Part shown: positions 12,513-23,412 of the stretch, one piece after another
Layout: every line of letters starts with the position of its first letter
Numbering within the stretch: position 1 is the stretch's first letter
Assembly (NCBI GenBank): GCA_043228905.1
Contig: JBHGNT010000009.1
Span: 15,562,001-15,626,000, forward strand
Origin: Azolla caroliniana
Lineage: Eukaryota; Plantae; Polypodiophyta
Length of the DNA: 64,000 bases
Direction: 5' to 3'
Notes under the pieces: generated by a model
What the model was told of the DNA's origin: nothing
Seen by the model: only the letters and a program-made list of their open reading frames with translations
The model's database searches: none
Program-made: the position numbers and the translations under genes

Positions 12513-13860
12513 CTACCCTTTTCTCCACATGGCCTTCAGTTGATTCGGCGTATCCAAATCGAACACTTCCGATTCAATTATGCTCTCATTCGAATTGGCT
12601 GTCTCCAATTCGTATCTGATCTTGGCCTTTACGCCCTTCTTGGCTGTATCTCCCCCTGATTTGGCTGTCCTCGGCGCTTCCCTACGATTGCGGCCCTTGC
12701 TCTCTTCTTTGGCTTCTTCAGCCCGTCCGAAATCGAATTCTTCATCTGATTCCTCATCACGGTCACTTCCGTCATGATGAACACCCCCGCTCCTTTCACG
12801 CTCTTGTTCCTGTTCTTCCTTTCTCCCCCTCAAGTTCGGTGTGTCGAGGTGACGCAACCCTAGCTCACCCAAGAAATGCCGTAACTTGTCGAAACCAAGA
12901 GGCTTGGTGAAGATGTCAACAACTTGCCGATCTATCGGAACATACGCTAGTTTGACTTCACCTGAAAGGACCCGCTTGCGGACAAAATGGTAATGCACCT
13001 CAATGTGCTTGGTCCGCACGTGGAACACGGGGTTTTTCGCAAGGTGGATACTACTGAGGTTGTCACAAAAGATCGTCGTCGGATCAGACACCTCTACATG
13101 CAGATCCTGTATTAGCCGTTTTACCCAAATGACTTCGCACGTAGCGACAATCGCCCGTCGACACTTGGCCTCCGTGCTCGATAGTGCTACTGTTGGCTGC
13201 TTCTTACTGCTCCACGCAATCGCCACACTTACTAGAGAGAATGCGTATCCGGATGTGGATCTACGATCGTGGGCGTTTCCGGCCCAATCGACATCCATGT
13301 AGCCGACTAACTGTTCAACTACACCTGCCCAATAAAACAACGCCATGTCTTTCGTGCCGCTGACATAACGCAGTATCTGTTGTGCACACTGAAAGTGTTC
13401 GACCGTAGGCTGCGACATGAATTGACTGATTAGGCTGACTGAATAACTAAGATCCGACTGAGTAATCGTCACATAGATAAGGCTTCTGACAATCTGTCGA
13501 AACCGTGTCGGGTCGCACGCCTTCCCCGAATCTTGGCGAAGCTTTGCGTTTCTATCCAGAGGGGTCGAGATGGGCTTACAGTTTGCCATCCCAAACTTGA
13601 AGAGCATATTCAACGTGTAATGATACTGGTTGATCAATATGCCTTGGGGGGTACGGATCACTTCGATCCTGAGGAAGTAATGAAGGTCTCCAAGATCCTT
13701 CATTTCAAACGATGCCGCAAGCTGAGACTTCACATGGCGGATTTCGTCAAGGTCGACACCGGCGATGACTAAATCATCAACGTACGAGAGCAGGTTGACC
13801 GGTCCATATTGACCTTGCCGAACAAATAGAGAAGAGTCTGATTTCGACGACGCAAACCTT
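12513..13860 (-). pseudogene. Copia RT C-terminal half plus RNase H, with an in-frame charged C-terminal extension
   Basis: YVDDLVIAG, FEMKDLG, WSSKKQPTVALSSTEA, NPVFHVRTKHIEVHYHF, then about 105 extra aa after NLRGR. Confidence 0.85.
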
Positions 13861-14342
13861 TTCGGCCAATTTTGACCTCTTCCGTGGAGGTTCCTTCTCG
13901 ACTGGCTTGAGGTCAGGTTCGCTTCGAACTGACTCGGCACTACCGAAATTGTATTCCGGGGTCTTCTTCTTCCCCTTCTCCTTGCGTGCAAACCATCTCC
14001 TCGGTTCTTTACGCGGGGACATCACGACCGAGTCTCCACTACTCACTGTCTCATCATCTGGTTGGCCACCTCGGCCCAACCCATCATTCGGCCCACTAAG
14101 TCTGAATGAGATCAGACTCTCTCAGAGCTCCGATGTCCTCATCATGTGGGGGCATCTCAGCCTCGCTGACTTCGTCTTCAGAAATCGGAATGGAGTCATG
14201 AGGTTCTAGAGGAGAAGGCAAGTACCACGAAGCGGACTCGTCAAATACGACATCGCGGTTTACGCGTACTTCCTTCGTTTGGGGGTTATAGCACTTATAC
14301 CCCTTCTGCTCGTCTGAATAGTCGACCAAGATACATTTCTCG

Positions 14343-15007
14343 TGACGAGAACTCGACGCTCCTTATGTCCGACGCTCGGCCACAACCGAGATTCTTTTCA
14401 TACACAGAAAAACAGGTAATGAAACGCGACACAAAGGAGAGAAATGGTACACAGGAGGTTTACGTGGAAAACCCCAAAATAAGGGAAAAACCACGGCAGC
14501 CCACAGGCTGCAAACTGTCACTATGTAGGGATATACAACAGTGAGTTCACTGAGGCAACGACCTCGTGCTCTCAGATCTTCGCCACAGGCAGCGGTTACA
14601 ACAGAGGCAACGACCTCGTCTCTTTCTCTCTCTCTGTACAGTTACGCGCTCTCTCTTCTTCTTGCACCAACAAGGAAGAATAACAACAACAAAAAAACGA
14701 CACACCTAAAAGTTTGCCCTAAGTCATATTTATACTAATATGACTTTTCGGCTATTTACAAATGTAGCCTCGATGGGCTCTCAGAAACATATTTACGAAT
14801 ATGTCTCTTCCTCCGGTTCATACCGGGCCTGCACCATCCGGCTCTCCGCAGTCGGGTACTCCCCATCCGGTTCATACCGGGCCTACACCATCCGGCTCTC
14901 CGCAGTCGGGTACTCCCCATCCGGTTCATATCGTTTCGGCCTCGACCGCGTTTGTTCGTCGGCACTGTTCTTCTCCCTTCCCATCCGGAGGGACCTGTCT
15001 CCCAACA
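14343..15007 (-). mobile_element. Solo LTR nested in the copia integrase; contains a 54-bp tandem duplication near 14812-14930
   Basis: TG...CA termini and TSD TCTCG (14338-14342 / 15008-15012). It splits integrase LDAKAEKCILVDY and carries the CCGTGGTTTTT...GGGTTTTCCACGT motif on the minus strand. Confidence 0.92.
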
Positions 15008-16826
15008 TCTCGGCCTTGGCATCCAGATTCCTCCTCTTCTCCTTCGGCACGTGCACATACACGATGCTGCCGAAAATCCTCAAGTGTGCCAAATTCGGTT
15101 TCTTTCCGAAAGCTCATGTGGCGACACTCCTCCATTAGCAGAAGTCCGATTCTGCAGGTAGACAACCGTCTTCACGGCTTCAACCCAATAGAATTTCGGC
15201 ATATGCTTCTCTTCAAGCATTGCCCTAGCCGCTTCTTCAATCGTCCGATTCTTCCGCTCGGCCACGCCGTTTTGCTGCGACGTCACGAGAATTTGCGTCG
15301 AATTCCCTCCTTCTGTAGATAACTTGTGAACTGGTCGGAGAAGTACTCCTTCCTGCCATCGGATCGTAGGCATTTGGTCTTACACCCAGTTCCCTTTCCG
15401 CAAGGCTCTTCACCTTCAGGAAACATGCGAAGACTTCGCTCTTCTTCGCGATTGTGCATACCCACGTGTGCCGAGTGAAATCGTCGATAAAGGTTACAAA
15501 GTAACGGCTTCCACCGAGACTCACGTTCTGTGCCGGACCCCACACATCCGAATGGATCAAATCCAGTGGACTTCGACTACGATTATGCTCAGGGGGAATG
15601 GAAGTCGATGTTGTTTTCCCATATGACAGGCTTCACAGACTTGGCCATTACGGCCCCGAAATTTTGGCAAGCTAAAAACAATGTTCTTCGTCTGCATCTC
15701 ACGAAGCCGTGGGAAATTTACGTGGCCAAACCACTTGTGCCACAGGTCGATATCCGATTCAACCTTTTGTCCTTTCGTGTACAACGCAATGCTGGCTTGA
15801 TTAGTGTTGAGGATAAACATCCTCCCTTCACGGTGCCCTTGTGCGATCACTTTGCCTTCTATGAAGTAGCCGAGATGCGTGAATCGAAGTTGCATACCTT
15901 GGTCGATGATCTGACCGCCTGACACAAGGTTCTTTGCTATTGTCGGGACGTGTAACACATTCATGAGTTTCCCTTTCTGCCCGACATGGCTGAGGGGAAC
16001 TTTGCTGACATGTTCGATGGTATGCGGGGTGTCATCTCCCGTTTCGACAACCCCTCGTGATTCCGACTTCTCGAAGTACGAGAACCATTCCTCGTGACTT
16101 GTCATATGATTTGACGTTGCGGAATCCACATACCACACCTCGCTCGATTTTGAGGTGTTCACGACCATTGAATTGGCCTTATGCTTCATTATGAAGGCAG
16201 GGCCCATTCCATTTCCGGTTCGTTCCAAGCCTTCCGCGTAATGGGACTTTTGAAGCCTTCCTGCGTCTCTTCCGCTCGATCCAGCTTTGTTTGAGTCGGC
16301 TTGTTTCTTGTAGCCCTCGCTCTCCTTGTGGCGTTTCTTGCCATCGTACTAGCATTCTGACGTGGCCTTCTCTTGCCGTCTTCCGGTGCCGCGATGACTC
16401 CCCCTGCTTCCAGCATCTCGATTATGCCGTCCATTTTGCTCCTTTCGGCCGCCTCCATAGTGTGCTGATCCGCCTCATCCACCACGACCACGGGGCCTAT
16501 CATCCTTCGTGTAGAGCATCTTGCCATCGGCGTGCGCTTTTGTCGACGCACTTGCGTGGTTTTCCTCTACGAGCAACATTGACTGAAGCTCGAAAAACGA
16601 AGACGTATTCTTCCTCGTGCAGACCGCCGTTCGGAAAGCTCCGAACTTAGATGCTAACCCACCAAGACAAACCTGCACCATCTCGTCCTCCTCGATGTTC
16701 ACGTTGACAGAGGCGAGTGAGTCACAGATTTCTTTAATCTTGGTGCTTGCGGTGAAGCTTCATGGTTGTAGTGCTTGCGGTGAAGACCTTTTTCAGGTTT
16801 CCCCAAGCTTCTTTTGGCGTCTTGGC

Positions 16827-17528
16827 TGTTGGGAATATGTCCCTCCACTGGGAGGAAGAACCGATTGATCGAAAAGCCGACAGTCGATGACAGGAAAGAT
16901 CCAACTGTTCAGAAAGCCGATAGTCGAAGAGTCGAAAACAGTGAGTCGACTGTTTGAAGATTCGACTATTATTATTATAGTAATAAAAATAATGATGGTG
17001 TGTGGAAACAAGTCCCTCCAGATGGGAAAGAGAGAGGAGCCGAGTTGATGAAACCAGAAACGTGTATATAGCCAACTCGGGAGACTATAATTGTAGATAG
17101 TCTAAGTGTGTGCTCCATGAGGGCTACCTATGTAAATAGCCAAAAAGGTTGTTTAAGTATATATGCAACTAGGGAAAACTAAAAAGAAAAAAACAGTGTG
17201 TGTATAGAAGTTGTAGAGCGCGTGAGAACGCAAGAGAGTGTGCGAGAGAGAAGTGTGAGCCGCGCCATAACTGTGTGAGTAACAACAGACGCGAAGAGCA
17301 CTATGCGGTTGATACACTCGACAGAGTGTTGTATTCCTCTCGGTGTTGTATATCCACTTTGTAGAGTGAAGAAATCTATTCACCCGTGGTTTTTCCCGTT
17401 TTTGGGTTTCCACGTAAATTCTCTGTGCACCATTGTTCATCTTGTTTTTCTCCTTGGCATATTTCTGTGATTCGTATTTCAGGAGTGTTTGTTCATTGTG
17501 ACTTATATTCTGCAACGATTTCTCAACA
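16827..17528 (+). mobile_element. Solo LTR nested in copia gag
   Basis: TGTTG...CAACA termini and TSD TTGGC (16822-16826 / 17529-17533). It splits gag SHIRDAK/TPKEAWGN and carries the same CCGTGGTTTTT...GGGTTTCCACGT motif. Confidence 0.92.
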
Positions 17529-18338
17529 TTGGCGTCTCGGATATGGCTCAACAGCTGGTCTTCGACACTGGACGCAAAGCAGTACATCACTCTGCTTGCT
17601 GCTTGTTCCCACGTTGGGAAGTCCTTGTGTGTCGCATCAGGTGTTGTGTCATTAGCTCCGTCGACATAACTCCAATAACCGTGCCCAAGCAGGTACTGGT
17701 GCATCTTGTACGACCAAGATGCGTAGTTGGATCTATGGAGCTTCTCCATATCTGTTGTCTTTTTGTTTCCCGAAAAAAAAAATGAAGAACAACTTCAACT
17801 CTGTTTTATCGCAAGCTTTTCTTGTCGGCTGCAGAGGACTTCAACCCTCACGCTCTGATACCATGTAAAAGAATAGCGTGTGCGGAAGCGTATGCGAAAC
17901 ATAGAGTACATAGTTCTGGAAACAACAGAAAACACAGAGATGGAGACAGAGAGAGAGAGAGAGAGTAGACAACAAAAAACTAATATTCAAAATAGTGACT
18001 CTCTGTGTACATACACCGTGCTCAGTGAGCACCTTTTATAGAAGCCCTGACAATCGAGCTGACACAAGTACTGACAATACTTGACGCTCATAAATGAGCC
18101 ACTACACTCACTCCCAAAATTATTCCTTTCGAGGAATATTTTTCTAACTGCCTCGTAGTGTTCGCACCGTTAAAACTTACGTTATGTGTAATGTTTTACG
18201 CACCCAGTCTACGCACCGTGTTACGCACCCAACGTTGAGCTTGTCACTCAACACAACAATCGGTGAATGAAGAAGCGCGGTTGGAGCCAATGGACCAAAG
18301 TATCCTGGACATACTTGATGAGGAGTGAAGGAGTTGAC

Positions 18339-18380
18339 TTGTGGGTTCGACGTGCAATGCACTGTCCCACGGGCATGCCA
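18339..18380 (+). other. tRNA-Arg(UCU)-like 3' half ending CCA (an antisense PBS) in the PPT position
   Basis: TTGTGGGTTCGAC-GTGCAATGCAC-TGTCCCACGGGCATGCCA, then TG, then the LTR. No purine run is present. Confidence 0.7.
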
Positions 18381-18850
18381 TGTGTTGGCTGAAGAAGAGT
18401 ATGATCTGGAGACAGAGGTGTGAACTGGAGGATAAAGCTGGAGAGAGAAAATATATTATAGATAATTTGTATTACGGAAATGACGGATCTGGACGGATGT
18501 ACCGATCCGGATCCGCACTGTTTTGTAATCGGGTAGCCGGATGAGGCATCGTTTTGTGACCTTACCGGATGCCTTATATAAGGGATTCAGATTGATTGAA
18601 TCTAGCGAGAAAGTAATGCAAGTTATGTTATTGTTTGTCTATCTTGTGTACTTGCCGTTTGTGCTATATCTTGTTACCTTATGCGTGTAATTGAGTGCCG
18701 ATATAGTGTATGTATTTCGAAAATTAATCGGTTAAATGCTAAGAGTGATAAAGTATTAATCCATCTCTCCGACCACACCTTTGGAGACGTATTCCGGAAG
18801 GGTATACCTTGTGTTTGCGGCTAATGTCCAGCCAAAGAATAACACTATTT

Positions 18851-18865
18851 TGGCGACCACGAAGG
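18851..18865 (+). other. Primer-binding site, tRNA-Arg(UCG)-type
   Basis: TGGCGACCACGAAGG, 6 nt after the LTR terminal CA. Confidence 0.8.
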
Positions 18866-19185
18866 CGAGGAAGGAGACACACTAGACATATGAAGGCCAC
18901 ATATCTCTCCTAATGGCGGAGTTCTGCTCATCTTCTTCTCCATTTCATGTTCCCTCCCCTTGCAAGACTCTTAGAGAAGAAGCAATAAGAAATCACCAGT
19001 TTTTTCCTACACGCAAGAAGCCAACGAAGAGACGTGATGAAAGTATACGAGGGTGCGGGTAATCGAATCGATGATGTGCGACAAATGACAGTGATGATGT
19101 GAAAGATGAAGTTGAAGATGAAATCACATCATTAATCATCAATAACATCATCATCGCAAACCCTATTCCTGTCTTTATCACCATT

Positions 19186-19444
19186 TTCATCTTCATTATC
19201 ATTAACCCTAACCTTAAAACCCACAACACTATTTTGGCATGGTGTCATAGTATGCTTTGTACACTACGTAAAATATGTACGGAGTACCCGATTGACTAAG
19301 TATACAGAAATAGAAGAAAATACTATAATAAATTTGTAACATGCATAGGGGCAAGATTTGAACCCTATACCTCCATGTTAATAATTTGAAGCATTACCAT
19401 TATACTAACACATTATGAGTGTTAAAAAAGTAGATTTCCCATAT
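19186..19444 (-). repeat. About 260-bp dispersed repeat with a tRNA-derived head, copy 2
   Basis: Minus strand has A box TAGTATAATGG (19397-19407) and B box GGTTCAAATC (19355-19364) at tRNA-like spacing. Confidence 0.65.
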
Positions 19445-19759
19445 GGGTCGAAATGTGCTATGGTGTACCAAAAAAGTATTGTTTTTGGCAAAAAAAAACA
19501 CGAGTACTGTTAGTACTAAGTAATTATAAAAAAGTTTTTAAAAAAATCGAAAAAATTATAATCTTTTTAGGGAGTGGGGTGGGGGTAGTACACGTTGCAT
19601 TTTATTGGGGGAGACAGTTGCTGCGTATTCAAGAGTCAGGACTAATTTGGGGGCTATTTCCCCCTCACTTTTTATTTAGCATGCCACATTAATTGAATTT
19701 GGTGCTTCTCACCATTTTGGTGTCTCCTCTTCCTCCTTCCAACCGAGCCCATCTCAGAT

Positions 19760-20046
19760 TTGTTGGGAAATCGGTCCCTCCGGATGGGATCCGGTTATGA
19801 ATGGAGAGGACCCGGTGAGAACCGAAAGAGACGACATACTTGTAAATATGTTTTGAGTAAGCCTCTTGAGGCTATATTTGTAAATAGCCCTAAGTTCATA
19901 TAAGTATAAATATGACTTAGGGCAATCACTTAGTAGAGTTGTTGTCATATTGTTGTACAGAGATAGAGAGAGCGAGAGAGAGAGTAGCTACAAGCACTTT
20001 CTGTTGTAACCGCCATCTGGCGAAGAGCGTGAGCACGAGGTCGTTG
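19760..20046 (+). mobile_element. Truncated LTR related to the solo LTR at 14343-15007
   Basis: Starts TGTTGGGAAATCGGTCCCTCCGGATGGGA and shares AGTATAAATATGACTTAGGGCAA and GAGCACGAGGTCGTTG with the reverse complement of that LTR. Confidence 0.8.
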
Positions 20047-20053
20047 TAAGTGG

Positions 20054-21012
20054 TTGGGGTTAGGCTGTAGACGACGATGTGATGCCTTGTCTCATGAGAT
20101 TATTGAGAAAGTGGATTCCTTTTGGACAAAAAACACACGTGTCTCACCGAATAAAAAAGATGTATGTAGACAACGTATAAGTCGGGGTAGGTACCAGATT
20201 CAGCTAAGACACTTCTTGGAGATGATTGAGGTAATTCTTTTGTTTTTATCTATTTGGTTTTAAATATTTTTTTTTACTAAAGGATTCTATTAAGGTTAAC
20301 TATTTATTAACTTATGTAGGCTGAATTGTTCATGAACTTCAAAGACCAACATCCTAACATCAATCTTGGATTTCTCAAGTTCCAAGGTTTGAAACCGTTT
20401 TTTGTTAGAAAGTTAAAAGAGAGGAACACATGTTGTTGTGTGTACCACATTAAAATGGACATGTTAAGGCTTGATCTGAACACTATGCGTATTGTTTCTA
20501 AGGGTATACACGGGGATGGGTGTGTTTGCACTTCTGAGGTATGTAGACCAAATGTGAGTGATAATAGATGTAATGCGCGAAACATGACTTATGCATCGGC
20601 TTCTGAGTTATGGAGGTCTTTTGTTTGTGAAAAACAACCATCATCTGAGTGGCATAATCGTACATGTCTTCTAAGAACATGTAAGGTTTGCCCACAACCG
20701 CCATTTTGTAGACAAGAGCTTGATGTAGATAACTGTCATAATGTGAAACGGAAATATTTAGAGTATGTGATAGAAAATATAGGTAAGGGTCTCGTTAGTA
20801 AGCGTATCAAGGCAATATATAAGGAGACATGTGCTGCTACCCATGTCTCAGAGTTTAAGAACCAACTCGGGGAGTTCATTCCACATAACTTTAGGAGTTA
20901 TTGGCAAAATTCACAGGTCAAGGAATGTATAAATAACTTACCACCAGATGTTATAGTATATGTTATTGAGTTTGCAGAGAACTATACGTTTAAAATTCAA
21001 AATGAGAACTGA
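20054..21012 (+). pseudogene. DNA-transposon transposase fragment (Cys-rich region plus EFAENYTFKIQNE), possibly Sola2-like; truncated
   Basis: Motifs NTRVSPNKKD, CCCVYH, CxxxxCxxC and VIEFAENYTFKIQNE. Probable intron about 20231-20319 (GT..AG). Superfamily assignment is from memory. Confidence 0.55.
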
Positions 21013-21823
21013 AAGGAATAGTACTAATCCATATGGACATGCATATTTCATCTGGTAATGAACAATGTTAGTACTAAAAAACCAAGAACTTCATGCCTAT
21101 TTGTTCAGTCATGCAAAGCCTAAGTCAAGTGGACTCAAAAAGTACAATGCAATTAACCAATGTTAGTACTAATACAAGTTATACAACTAAACATTTAAGA
21201 CCTTCCGTACCAAATAATCAATACCGAATCAATTGATCACGAAGGAATACAATGTAATCAATATGGTTAGTATTTAATAACATCTTAGGAACTTAAAGGA
21301 ATAGTATTGAACCACCTGGATATGCATATTTCATTTGGTAATGAACAATGTTAGTACTAAACAGGCAAGACCGACATGCCTATTTGTTTGATCATGCAAA
21401 ACCTAAGTCAAGTGGACATAAAAAGTACAATGCAATAAACAATGTTAGTACTAGGGATCGGCAACGGCTCGGTTTAGGCTTGAACTTGCCTTAACGGTTT
21501 GAGCTCGGCTCGGCTTGGCTTGGGCCTCGTCAAACCGGCTCAAGCCATTTAGAAACTTTAGAGAGAGAGGGAGAGAGAGAGAAAGAGAGAGAGGAAGGGA
21601 GACAACATACAAGGGGAAAGAGAGAGAGAGAGAGAGTGAGGGAGACTAAACAGATGATGGGAGAGAGAGTGAGGGAGAACTACAAAGACGAGGAGAGAGA
21701 GAGAGAGAGACAACAAATAAGGAGAGAGAGAGAGGGAGAGAGAGTCGAGACCACAAATGTGAGAGAGAGAGTGGGAGGGAGAGCTTGTACAATGTATACT
21801 ATATAGTATATAGTGGATCATTT

Positions 21824-21858
<35 letters not shown>

Positions 21859-22125
21859 GGAGGTTTCCAAACCAGTTTCCAAGCCGTTTACCAAACCGGT
21901 TTAGCCTAAACCGGTTTGGTTTGGTTTGGTTCAGGTTTGAGATCCCTTAAAAGTTTAGGCTTACTTGGTTTGGCTTGGATCAGGCCAAACCGGCTAAGCC
22001 TAAACCGAACTATTGCCGATCCCTAGTTAGTACTAATACAAGTTATACAACTAAACATTTAAGACCTTTAGTACTAAATAATCCGCACTAAATCAACTGA
22101 TCATCCTGGATTACAATGTAATCAT
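21012..22125. repeat. About 284-bp tandem duplication; second copy interrupted by a MITE
   Basis: AAAGGAATAGTA...CATATTTCAT..GGTAATGAACAATGTTAGTACTAAA occurs at about 21012 and 21295, and the second copy resumes at 22034. Confidence 0.8.
21452..22025. mobile_element. hAT-type MITE
   Basis: Terminal inverted repeats TAGGGATCGGCAA...TTGCCGATCCCTA, 8-bp TSD GTTAGTAC (21444-21451 / 22026-22033), subterminal AAACCG-like repeats and a GA-rich core. Confidence 0.93.
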
Positions 22126-22548
22126 GAAAAAAGGATCTTGAGGAAACAATACTCATAGGTATAAGAACAGAACCAAAAGTAAAATTATAAAATCATAGTA
22201 TACAAATTGCATAATGCTTAATCACATACCATAGCAGTGTACTTTCAAACCCAAGCTAGGTACCATTCGGCTCCAACTGTACTTTTACAGTCCAAACATA
22301 TATTTTCTTTCTCGAAATGGTACTTAGAGCATACAAAATAATATGTGTGCAAGCATGGTGTAATGATAGCATCCATAGACTCAAGCTTGAATCCAAGGCC
22401 ACAGAATAAACACCTTCAGTAACGATACACAACATACACTATATTAGCACCAAGATATTTTATACCATAGAAGGTCAAAAAGGAGAAAATAAACCATTAC
22501 CGTGATATAGTAATGTTTGTAATTGTACTTTCCATACAAGCAGGGTTC

Positions 22549-23412
22549 TCAACTACGTATGGACACAAAGTATCTAAACCTTTTTCTTTTAGACCCTTCA
22601 TCAAACATGTTAGGTTCTCTGAATGCAGATAATTGCTCATCAATTTCAGAACGAGAAGACTGCCATGCCTCTAGATCTTTCTTCTGTGCTTCTAGATGAG
22701 TACCCATAGTTGTGAGCTCCTTCTTCAACTCCTCTTTTAATACATTGCTTTCAGAATTTTGGATTGTTGATGCAATCCATTCGTATGTATTCAACATAGT
22801 TGTGAATTGTTTCTCTGTTGCCATCTCACCAGATGAAACTTCTTCCAAATCGGCCAGCAGTGCTTACATTTTTGTTTGCATGGAAGCTATACAATGCAAC
22901 AATTGCTCTTCATGTTTTTCTGTTAGTGTGCCTTTTTGTTTTGCAATTTGTTGAGTCAACACAAATGTGAGATTTGGGATTTCAATATGAGAGGTACCCT
23001 TGGACTTCATGGTAGTGTTGATAGTTGAGGATCCTCTATAATGTGATGATCGACGATGAGCCAAATCTTCCCAATCAACTTCAATGCCACCATGGAGTTC
23101 ACATGCAAATGCACGTGCAAAGATAGATCCTACCTCATTTTGACGGATATGTTTCGTATCATAAACTTGTTCATATCGTGACTTTAGTTCAGTGATATAA
23201 TCCTTCTTCAATTGAGTGAGGTGGAAACCTCTCCTTGTCTCGGGTTGTGATGAGCCCCAAGTTTTCATCATCCACATGTCTAGGTCTTCATAAATGTCCA
23301 CTCGTGCACGAAGGAAATAACCCCATCCTAATTTTGTACCTCGAAGGATGTTTGTGTGAATCTTCTTGCCCTGAGTTGTTGAAAACTTGGACCTCCATCT
23401 AGTGGGGGTCAT
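22549..23412 (-). pseudogene. Degenerate TE-associated ORF of unknown function with a coiled-coil C-terminus
   Basis: Two same-frame ORFs (182 and 99 aa) separated by one stop; no recognised domain. Confidence 0.4.

Larger units (their letters stand above)
11905..18253 (-). mobile_element. Ty1/copia element (family A) with both LTRs (11905-12323, 17864-18253), degenerate
   Basis: 5-bp TSD CAACA (11900-11904 / 18254-18258), PBS TGGTATCAGAGC at 17852-17863 and PPT AGGGGGAG at 12324-12331. Contains gag, protease WYVDSATSNHMT, integrase IHSDVWGP/QQNGVAERKNR, RT SYVDDL and RNase H YMDVDWAG/VDIFTKPL. Confidence 0.95.
11720..18844 (+). mobile_element. 3' end of an extra-ORF Ty3/gypsy element: eORF tail, tRNA-like tract and LTR 18383-18844; interrupted by the copia element at 11905-18253
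   Basis: A Glu/Pro-rich coding tail continues across the CAACA TSD and ends LEPMDQSILDILDEE*, homologous to EPFDQSILDILEDE* near 27520-27562. LTR termini are TGTT...TAACA. Confidence 0.75.

Noticed and set aside
18339-18380. Genuine tRNA gene or hammerhead ribozyme (retrozyme)
   Set aside because: Only the T-arm/acceptor 3' side is present, with an insertion and an encoded CCA. There is no D or anticodon arm and no CTGANGA/GAAA hammerhead core.
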